Positions 17,071 through 23,583 of a DNA stretch of 24,000 bases are shown one piece after another. The stretch's first letter is position 1. The number at the start of each line of letters is the position of its first letter. The notes beneath the pieces are model-generated. The model worked only from the letters and a program-made list of their open reading frames with translations, ran no database searches and was not told where the DNA came from. A program made the position numbers and the translations under genes. The DNA is from Fredinandcohnia aciditolerans (GTDB lineage: Bacteria; Bacillota; Bacilli; Bacillales; Bacillaceae_L), in the NCBI GenBank assembly GCA_003640645.1, contig QGHH01000002.1, positions 88,180 through 112,179 on the forward strand, given 5' to 3'.

Positions 17071-18000
17071 CTAATCCCTCCACTCCTTACCGGTATAAGC
17101 AATAAAGACATCTTCAAGACTCATTTCGTGAATAGAAACTTGTTCGACTTGATATTCATTTTCATTTGTGAATTTAAAGAGGTTTAACAGTGAATCCTCG
17201 GGTTTTATTGTCCATAGATTAAGTGTCGTGTCTTCCCGTTCTGTCCGTGTTACAGACTCAAGAGATTTGGCAAAAAGCTCCGCATCCTGGGCGGCTTTCT
17301 CTCCATCAAGGAAGGATAATCGTACCTCTCTTTCGTTTGTTAGTTTTTCGATTAAACCGGAAGGGGAGTCCAAAGTTACGACCAAACCCTGGTCAACGAT
17401 ACATACTCTGTCGCTCAGTTTTTCAGCTTCTTCCATATAATGAGTGGTAAGAATCGTCGTTTTCCCTAAATTCTTAAGCTCAAGAATAATGTCCCACACA
17501 TTTCGTCGTGCCTGAGGATCGAGGCCAGTTGTCGGTTCATCCAGGAATACAATATCGGGATCACTAATCATGGCAAGCCCAATAGCAAGTCGTTGCCGCT
17601 GACCGCCAGATAATTTTTTTACTTGGTTCTTACGGTGCTCCGTAAGATTAACCAATTTGAGTATTTCCTCCGTTGATCGCGCCTTATCATAGAATGTAGC
17701 AAATAGATTCAAATTTTCTTCCGGTGTCAATAAATCAAACATGGCACTCGATTGTGGCTGTACACCAATTTTCCTTTTGATCGTTAGTGCATGCTTCTTC
17801 CAGTTCAGTTCACCAAACTGTATTTCTCCTTGATCTGGTGTGACCAAGCCTTCTATCATTTCTAGTGTTGTTGTTTTTCCTGCCCCATTTGGACCGATAA
17901 TGGTAAAAATCTCACCTTCTTTTACAGAAAAGCTAATATCTTTAACGGCTTGAATGGAACCAAAGGATTTCTTTAAATTCCGAACTTCTAACACATTCAT
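17071..18000 (-). CDS. ABC transporter ATP-binding protein (ABC-2/DrrA/NatA-like subfamily)
   Basis: Walker A GPNGAGKTT, signature LSGGQRQRL, Walker B IVFLDEPTTGLD and the H-loop TTHYM are all present. A C-terminal extension is typical of ABC-2 partner ATPases. Confidence 0.95.
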   Translation of the reverse strand: MNVLEVRNLKKSFGSIQAVKDISFSVKEGEIFTIIGPNGAGKTTTLEMIEGLVTPDQGEIQFGELNWKKHALTIKRKIGVQPQSSAMFDLLTPEENLNLFATFYDKARSTEEILKLVNLTEHRKNQVKKLSGGQRQRLAIGLAMISDPDIVFLDEPTTGLDPQARRNVWDIILELKNLGKTTILTTHYMEEAEKLSDRVCIVDQGLVVTLDSPSGLIEKLTNEREVRLSFLDGEKAAQDAELFAKSLESVTRTEREDTTLNLWTIKPEDSLLNLFKFTNENEYQVEQVSIHEMSLEDVFIAYTGKEWRD

Positions 18001-18115
18001 ACTTACATCACCTTTCCTTGAAATCGAGCCATTTTTGCAAAAGCCCTACACCAAAAGTAGTACCACGTTTATTCCTATGATGTGAGCAAAGGAAAAATTC
18101 GTAATGAATTGATTA

Positions 18116-18149
18116 GGTCACGCTAACTTCTCGAAGTTTGTCGAAGATT
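18116..18149. repeat. Intergenic repeat, degenerate copy F (GGTCAC-N10-CGAAGTTTGTCGAAGATT)
   Basis: Aligns with copy D (8520-8553) with identical spacing. The GGTCAC is 6/6 identical and the CGAA motif 15/18 identical. Confidence 0.6.
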
Positions 18150-18391
18150 TAGACCGTAATCAAATCTAAAACCCTATACTCCAAAAGTTACAATTCTACA
18201 TAAAAACTAGGTATTTCCGCTGATTTGATAGGATAGGACCAACTATTCATTTTTAATAAAAGTTTCGGTTTTCGAAGTAATTTGATAGAAATAGTCAAAA
18301 CTAGTACAGTTTCGACAGCGAAAATCGACATATGTAAATCTACTAAATTTATACAATCTAGTTGTATTCATAGAAAAAATAGTAGAGTGGA

Positions 18392-19582
18392 GTGGTAGGA
18401 GTGAAGAAGAAAAAGGTTATTTCTACGTTAGGAGTTATTGCATTATCGGCAAGTTTGGTAACGCCGGTGTTTGCACAACAACCGGAAACATCACCTGGGA
18501 CACCTGATGAGCAAGTTTTATCTGTAGAGGGGTTCACAAATCATGAGCAGTTAGGGAAAAAACTGCAGCAAATCGCAAAGAGCAGCCAAGGAAAGGTTCA
18601 GGTTGAGGTAGCGGGTTACTCAAACCGAGGTAGAGAAATCTACAAGGCGACAGTTGGCCAAGGAGACAAGGTCATTTTACTCGAAAGTGAAATTCACGGA
18701 AATGAACCGACAGGAACGGAGGCCATACTCAACATTTTACAATTCTTAGGTACAAATTCTCCTGAAGCACAAAAGATTCGTGAAGAGGTTACGATTGTAG
18801 CGCTACCGAAAATGAACCCAGACGCGTCTGAGTTGAGTCGTCGTGGAAATGATTTAACATGGGCAGAGGTAGTAGAGGACTTTCCACAATTAGCAAGCGT
18901 AAGACCAACATGGAACTACTATACATATCAGAATCAGACTTTTGATTATGCATCACAGCCAGGCTTTGATGTTAACCGTGACTTTAATCCAAACCTTGAT
19001 TATGTCCCACAACCTGAGGACTTCCCAGGGAATTCATCTCAACCAGGATGGTTCATTACGCCTGAATCTCAGGTCGTTCGAGACGTGTATAAGGACCTTC
19101 AAGCTGAGTTTGGCAAGGTTGATGTATTTGTAGACTTACACCATCAAGCACCATACTATGAGGTAGAAGGCACAGACGATCTAGTCACGTTCTCTATCAG
19201 CGGCCAATTCGTCCCAGACCCATCCACAACTGAAAAATATGCTGAATATGCGGATACATACGACTTTGATTTCTCGCGCCAGCTGAATGTTGCAGTGTTT
19301 GACGCCTTACAAGAAAAAGGGAATGCAAACATTTCCCTCTATCCACAAGGCCTTGACTTACCAGGTACAGCATTAGGAACATTTGCGCTAAACGGAAGTG
19401 GTGCCGTGTTGTTTGAAGTAAGAGGCCAAACACAAAGCATGGGCCAAAAGAAAAAGGGTGAATTAGTAAAAGCGGTTGAAAGAGGTCTATACGGAATTAT
19501 CAACGGCGTAGCTGACGGTACCGTGTACGACATTAACCCTGAAGAATACGAATCTATTCCATTGACCAAAGGTAGACAATAG
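18392..19582 (+). CDS. Secreted M14-family zinc carboxypeptidase
   Basis: The signal peptide is (KKKKVISTLGVIALSASLVTPVFAQQ). The zinc-ligand motif HGNEPTG (H-x-x-E) is followed by later ...VFVDLHHQ. The start is ambiguous: GTG 18392 or GTG 18401, the latter 8 nt after GGAG. Confidence 0.8.
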   Translation: MVGVKKKKVISTLGVIALSASLVTPVFAQQPETSPGTPDEQVLSVEGFTNHEQLGKKLQQIAKSSQGKVQVEVAGYSNRGREIYKATVGQGDKVILLESEIHGNEPTGTEAILNILQFLGTNSPEAQKIREEVTIVALPKMNPDASELSRRGNDLTWAEVVEDFPQLASVRPTWNYYTYQNQTFDYASQPGFDVNRDFNPNLDYVPQPEDFPGNSSQPGWFITPESQVVRDVYKDLQAEFGKVDVFVDLHHQAPYYEVEGTDDLVTFSISGQFVPDPSTTEKYAEYADTYDFDFSRQLNVAVFDALQEKGNANISLYPQGLDLPGTALGTFALNGSGAVLFEVRGQTQSMGQKKKGELVKAVERGLYGIINGVADGTVYDINPEEYESIPLTKGRQ

Positions 19583-19603
19583 GCGGAGGTCATGTTGAAG
19601 ATT

Positions 19604-19651
19604 CGAAAGTTGTCAAAAGTGTGGGTCACAGGGACAGGTCCCTTGTCCCAC
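19604..19651. repeat. Intergenic repeat, copy C (CGAAAGTTGTCAAAAGT motif plus 31-nt hairpin)
   Basis: GTGGGTCACAGGGACAGGTCCCTTGTCCCAC (19621-19651) folds into a stem of about 13 bp. It is directly preceded by CGAAAGTTGTCAAAAGT, which is related to the motif in copies D, E and F. Confidence 0.9.
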
Positions 19652-19742
19652 TTCTTTCTCACAGTAACGTCTAGGGATACCAGTGCAAGATCGCTTCGGG
19701 ATAAGTTAAAGTTACTATATTAAAGTGATAATCATATTTTTT

Positions 19743-19783
19743 GAGATGCTTGTCATTTTACAGGCATCTCTTGTTTTTGTTTC
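19743..19783 (+). terminator. Terminator-like hairpin with T-rich tail
   Basis: The GAGATGC (19743-19749) / GCATCTC (19764-19770) stem is extendable by 2 bp after one mismatch. It is followed by TTGTTTTTGTTT. Confidence 0.5.
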
Positions 19784-19801
19784 GTAAATGGTCGTTACAG
19801 G

Positions 19802-19846
19802 ATGTGGAACTTTGCATTTTAACTTGCAAAGTTCCACATTTTTATT
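19802..19846 (+). terminator. Strong rho-independent terminator (15-bp perfect stem)
   Basis: The stem is ATGTGGAACTTTGCA (19802-19816) / TGCAAAGTTCCACAT (19825-19839) with an 8-nt loop, followed by TTTTATT. There is no T-run in the opposite orientation. Confidence 0.75.
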
Positions 19847-19911
19847 GGTGAAAACCTCAGTTATGGTACCTACCATGACTTTAACCTGTCTGTGTTTCAT
19901 TTTGAGTAGTG

Positions 19912-20311
19912 TCAGCAAAAAACGCTGAACAGATAAAACCGTTTTTTCAATCTTAAAATAAGGTAGGCATTTATTAATGTGATAAGTTCTTTAAGATCGA
20001 GTGTGTTTTGAGCATGGCCTCTTGAAACACTAATAATAGATTTAACAGTGTTTATGCCCATTCTAGCTTCTAATTCGTCAAATTGTTTTCTTCGAAGATT
20101 AATTTTGCCTCTTCCAATATTTCCACCCGACTTCAGAGAAATATCCTTTTGTATTAACGTAATCTTCAATCTCATCTAACCGATAAATGTTTAAACGAGC
20201 TTTTTGGAAAACAGCGAAGGCATCTTCAATATAAATAATTTCGTGGTTTCCCAAATAACGTGCATTAAACCCTTACTCCTTACGTGTGTATCTCTGTAAA
20301 CTACCTAGCAT
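19912..20311 (-). pseudogene. Decayed gene remnant: two protein-like frames broken by an in-frame TAA and a frameshift, with an HTH-like C-terminal half
   Basis: On the minus strand, AAGGAAGT-ATG (20311) opens MLGSLQRYTRKE. After TAA (20275-20273) the frame continues GFNARYLGNHEIIYIEDAFAVFQKARLNIYRLDEIEDYVNTKGYFSEVGWKYWKRQN and ends at TAA (20101-20099). The listed 87-aa ORF (20175-19912) overlaps in another frame, has no RBS, and carries an HTH-like stretch (LRRKQFDELEARMGINTVKSIISVSRGHAQNTLDLKELITLINAYL). The family is uncertain; XRE-like and sigma-70 region 2 plus region 4-like are both possible. Confidence 0.35.
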
Positions 20312-20423
20312 ACTTCCTTGCACCAGACGAAGCCTGCCTTATAATTGTATATATCTATTATACTACTAGGTTGGGAACGAATCTCCCAGAAGACAGATTA
20401 ATTCCCACTTTAACTTCAACAAT

Positions 20424-22220
20424 CTAAATTCCATAGTGCTTGATTTTTCTGTAGAGGGTTGCCAGACTCATTCCAAGTTGTTTGGCAATTCTTTTTTTGG
20501 CCGTCGTTGATGAACCGATGTTGTTTAATAGGTGTAAGATTTGGTTTTTTTCATATTCGTCAATTGAGATGGCCAGTTGGGTTATTTGTAGATCTTGATT
20601 GCTAGCATGCTGTGTTACATTCGTTCTACTCGTATTGTTTTTTATTGAAGATGGAAGATGCTTTTCTGAGAGGATGGTTTCTTCATGCCCTGCAAGATTG
20701 ATGGCAAACTCAATTGCATTTTCAAGCTCGCGGATGTTTCCTGGCCATTGATGGGATAGTAGTGTTTGTTCTGCCTCATGGGATATGTATGTGATATTTC
20801 GACCCAACATCTCTGAATATCTTGCAATAAAAAAGTGTGACAGATGGATGATATCCTCGCTGCGTTCCCTGAGTGGTGGGAGTTTAATCGGGATAACATT
20901 CAGTCGGTAGTATAGATCCTCTCGAAATTCACCCTCTTCCACCATTTTTTCAAGATTACTATTTGTTGCGGCAACTATCCGGACATCGACTGGAATTGTT
21001 TCTTTTCCCCCAATTTTATCGATTTCCCGCGTTTGCAGAACACGTAATAGTTTAATCTGTAAATAGAGAGGCATTGTCCCAACTTCGTCCAAGAATATGG
21101 TACCTTGGTCTGCCAGCTCGAACTTTCCCACTCTTCCTTTCGCATGGGCCCCAGTAAATGCACCCTTTTCATACCCAAATAGCTCACTTTCAATAAGCGT
21201 TTCAGGTATAGCACCACAGTTTATGGAGATGAATGGTTTTGATGCTCGTGAACTGGCTTGGTGGATGGCCCTTGCGAACATTTCTTTTCCTGTTCCGCTC
21301 TCACCTGTGATCAAAATGGTAGAGTTTCCATCTGCAACATGGGCAATTAATGATTTTATTTCCTTTATCTTTGGTGACTCACCAATAATGTCATTAAAGG
21401 TTATATCCCGGTTACTATTCATCATTTCATAGGCCATAATTTGGACATCCTTGTAATTTTGTAACGAGATAACTGCCCCCTCGTACCTTTGGTTTACTAT
21501 AATTGATTTAATATTGGCTAAGTATCGGTGCTTTGTATGAAGTCGTTTATAGGTCAGTTCATAATTTTGTAACTCTTGGCCCGTTTTTATTTCATGAGTA
21601 GGAAAATCCTCAAATAGTTCATAAATTGATTGAACTTCTACCCTGACATTCGAAAAGAAAAGCATTTCCTTCGCCTTTTCATTAATTTGTGTGATGTCTC
21701 CGCCTGGATCAATAGCGATTACCCCATTTGAAATCGTATTAATTAAGGTTCGTAATGCACTATTCATTTTCGACTCTTTTTCAATTAATTCTAGTTCAGA
21801 CATTTTGGTTGCTAATAAATCGGACATTTTTTCTAGAAAGTCTGCAATACCTTCTAGATTTTGTTTTATCGTATGTAATCGGTCATAATCGTACGCAACC
21901 ATATTGATTGTGCCAATAATTTCGTTCTCGTAATGTATCGGGGTAATAATACCTCCAAGATACGAACATTTTCCCAAACCAGGGCAACTTAAACAGACCT
22001 TACTCAGTTGCGTATTATCAATAAATACATATTGGTTGGTTTCCATGACCATTTTGCTTCCGGTACCGTACTGCATTTTCCTTCCTATTTTAGGGAAGGC
22101 CCTACCAGTTGCTGCAACTCTAACAGCATCTGAGTTGACTATTTCTACATCCATTTGAAAAGCTGCATAAATTGCTTCTGCAATGTCCTGTGCAACGTGT
22201 TTGATCTTTGAGATATTCAT
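20424..22220 (-). CDS. Sigma-54-dependent transcriptional activator (bEBP): CdaR/Diacid_rec-like N-terminal sensor, PAS, AAA+ and Fis-type HTH
   Basis: The AAA+ core has Walker A GESGTGKE, the ESELFGYEKGAFTGA (GAFTGA) sigma-54 contact loop and Walker B IFLDEV. A PAS-like segment is LINTISNGVIAIDPGGDITQINEKAKEML. The C-terminal HTH is AKQLGMSLATLYRKIK. The N-terminal ~140 aa resemble the sugar-diacid-recognition domain of CdaR. GGAGGAG RBS upstream. Confidence 0.9.
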   Translation of the reverse strand: MNISKIKHVAQDIAEAIYAAFQMDVEIVNSDAVRVAATGRAFPKIGRKMQYGTGSKMVMETNQYVFIDNTQLSKVCLSCPGLGKCSYLGGIITPIHYENEIIGTINMVAYDYDRLHTIKQNLEGIADFLEKMSDLLATKMSELELIEKESKMNSALRTLINTISNGVIAIDPGGDITQINEKAKEMLFFSNVRVEVQSIYELFEDFPTHEIKTGQELQNYELTYKRLHTKHRYLANIKSIIVNQRYEGAVISLQNYKDVQIMAYEMMNSNRDITFNDIIGESPKIKEIKSLIAHVADGNSTILITGESGTGKEMFARAIHQASSRASKPFISINCGAIPETLIESELFGYEKGAFTGAHAKGRVGKFELADQGTIFLDEVGTMPLYLQIKLLRVLQTREIDKIGGKETIPVDVRIVAATNSNLEKMVEEGEFREDLYYRLNVIPIKLPPLRERSEDIIHLSHFFIARYSEMLGRNITYISHEAEQTLLSHQWPGNIRELENAIEFAINLAGHEETILSEKHLPSSIKNNTSRTNVTQHASNQDLQITQLAISIDEYEKNQILHLLNNIGSSTTAKKRIAKQLGMSLATLYRKIKHYGI

Positions 22221-22286
22221 AGGCTCCTCCTCTAAAGTATGGATTATTTTTATTATAAAACAGCCATTTCTTAAATAATATAAAAA

Positions 22287-22339
22287 TTCTCAAAGTTAGA
22301 AAAATAATTCTCGTTATGAGAAATTTCTCAATTTGAGAA
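22287..22339. promoter_or_regulatory. Three tandem inverted repeats TTCTC-N5-GAGAA (candidate enhancer/UAS sites for the adjacent bEBP)
   Basis: The sites are TTCTCaaagtTAGAA (22287-22301, degenerate right arm), TTCTCgttatGAGAA (22308-22322) and TTCTCaatttGAGAA (22325-22339). Their centres lie about 43-81 bp upstream of the -24 GG. Confidence 0.6.
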
Positions 22340-22373
22340 TTGAAACTTTCCTAATTTAGTAGCTTTTTAAAGT

Positions 22374-22389
22374 TGGCATGCTTTTTGCA
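22374..22389 (+). promoter_or_regulatory. Sigma-54 (-24/-12) promoter
   Basis: TGGCAT-GCTTT-TTGCA matches the consensus TGGCAC-N5-TTGCW at all but one position, with correct GG-to-GC spacing of 12. It is about 50 nt upstream of the RBS-supported ATG at 22442 and adjacent to a bEBP gene. Confidence 0.85.
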
Positions 22390-22441
22390 TTAAGAAATAA
22401 TGAATCAAAAAACTTTTTCCATCAATAGGAGGCTTGCACTT

Positions 22442-23563
22442 ATGAGTGACAAACTTGAGTTTTTATATTTGTCTGAACCCGAGGTAATTGAAGCGGGAGT
22501 ACTAGATATGAAGAATTGTGTATCAACAATTGAAAAGGTATTTGAATTAATGGCGACCGGTGATTATTTAATGGGGGGACCTCTGGAAAATGAACATGGA
22601 ATGATGTTATGGTTTCCAACAGAAAAAAGAGGACCAAATATGCCTGTAGCAGGACCAGATCGCCGATTTATGTCGATGATTGCTTATGTCGGTGGAGATT
22701 TTAATGTGTGTGGAGACAAATGGTATGGCTCTAATATTGCTAATCGTGGCAAGGGACTACCTCGATCTATCTTAATGGTTACTTTGAATGATCCTGACAC
22801 GGGACAGCCACTTGCTCATATGTCCGGAAACCTTATTAGCGCAACGAGAACTGGCGCGATTCCAGGGGTTGCAGCAAAATACTTAGCCAAACCGAATGCA
22901 GAAACAGTTGGCATACTAGGTGCGGGGGTTATCAGTAAGGCATGTTTGAAGGCGATTGCAGAAACACAGCATTCTCTTAAGGAAATTAAAGTTTACGATT
23001 TATTTTTTGAAAAGGCACAGGAATTTAGCCAGCAGATGAGTGAGGAATTGCAGTTAAATGTCGTACCTGTACATACCTTAAAGGATGCGATTGTAGATGC
23101 AGATATTATTAGTGTTGCTACAAGTGGGCAAAATAAAGCGCGAATTGAGAAGCAGTGGCTTAAACCAGGCTGTCTTGTGACTCTTACTGGACCTGCCGAT
23201 TTTGATGATGAGGTATATCTCGAACATAAAGTTGTTGCTGATAATTGGAAAATGCATGAGGCGTGGCTTCAAGATGCGAGAGAGCATCCGCTTGGATTTG
23301 ATAGTATTAAAGATTGGGCGCCGACCGGTCAGTTATTACAATTAGTGGAACAGCAACAAAAGAATAGTGAAGACATTATTAATCTGGGTGATGTAGTGTC
23401 TGGTCAGAAACTAGCGAGAAATAATGAGGATGAGGTTATCTTATTTGTAACAGGTGGTATGCCTGTCTATGATGTAGCCTGGGGATATCAAGTGTATCAA
23501 AATGCCCTTCAAAAAGGCCTCGGAACACAACTACTATTATGGGAAAAGGCTCATTGGGCTTAA
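22442..23563 (+). CDS. Ornithine cyclodeaminase / mu-crystallin-family NAD(P)-dependent enzyme
   Basis: The family motif ...LISATRTGAIPGVAAKYLA... is followed by the Rossmann loop GILGAGVISK. ATG 22442 lies 9 nt after AGGAGG (22427-22432). The track start at 22400 would sit at the predicted sigma-54 transcription start and has no RBS. Confidence 0.8.
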   Translation: MSDKLEFLYLSEPEVIEAGVLDMKNCVSTIEKVFELMATGDYLMGGPLENEHGMMLWFPTEKRGPNMPVAGPDRRFMSMIAYVGGDFNVCGDKWYGSNIANRGKGLPRSILMVTLNDPDTGQPLAHMSGNLISATRTGAIPGVAAKYLAKPNAETVGILGAGVISKACLKAIAETQHSLKEIKVYDLFFEKAQEFSQQMSEELQLNVVPVHTLKDAIVDADIISVATSGQNKARIEKQWLKPGCLVTLTGPADFDDEVYLEHKVVADNWKMHEAWLQDAREHPLGFDSIKDWAPTGQLLQLVEQQQKNSEDIINLGDVVSGQKLARNNEDEVILFVTGGMPVYDVAWGYQVYQNALQKGLGTQLLLWEKAHWA

Positions 23564-23583
23564 TAAAAAGGAGGAGATGAAGA

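Noticed and set aside
18033-18042. Perfect 10-bp palindrome TTTTGCAAAA in the ABC operon leader; also ATGGTACCTACCAT at 19863-19876
   Set aside because: Both are short AT-rich or low-information palindromes expected by chance in AT-rich intergenic DNA, with no second copy or positional support.
15948-19582. ABC-2 exporter plus secreted peptidase as a bacteriocin or lantibiotic immunity/processing locus
   Set aside because: I found no precursor-peptide ORF, modification enzyme, or two-component/sensor genes nearby. The M14 protein is a carboxypeptidase, not a leader peptidase. Adjacency alone is insufficient.
19715-19918. 67-aa minus-strand ORF downstream of the HTH remnant
   Set aside because: It spans both terminator hairpins, has no RBS and has no recognisable motif. 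It is most likely non-coding.
19912-20311. Toxin-antitoxin (HigBA-like) reading of the two overlapping frames
   Set aside because: The upstream frame shows no RelE/HigB catalytic pattern that I can recognise and is itself broken by a stop. The downstream frame has no RBS. The pseudogene reading is more parsimonious, and even that is low confidence.
22400-22441. Upstream ATG (22400) as the start of the OCD-family gene; likewise TTG 7381, ATG 15148, ATG 17117 and TTG 12846 as track starts
   Set aside because: All lack an RBS. They either overlap the preceding gene or, for 22400, coincide with the predicted sigma-54 transcription start. Downstream in-frame starts have well-spaced GGAGG-type sites.
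268-23287. About 25 short antisense or overlapping ORFs from the track that lie inside the called CDSs (for example 268..537-, 590..1177-, 1987..2301-, 2428..2682-, 3933..4142+, 5714..5926-, 10168..10524-, 16648..17031+, 17168..17440+, 19339..19662-, 21097..21432+, 23078..23287-)
   Set aside because: Each is fully embedded in a longer ORF that has clear family motifs and an RBS. Their compositions are low-complexity (Ser/Leu/Phe-rich) and they lack Shine-Dalgarno sequences, which is typical of shadow ORFs.
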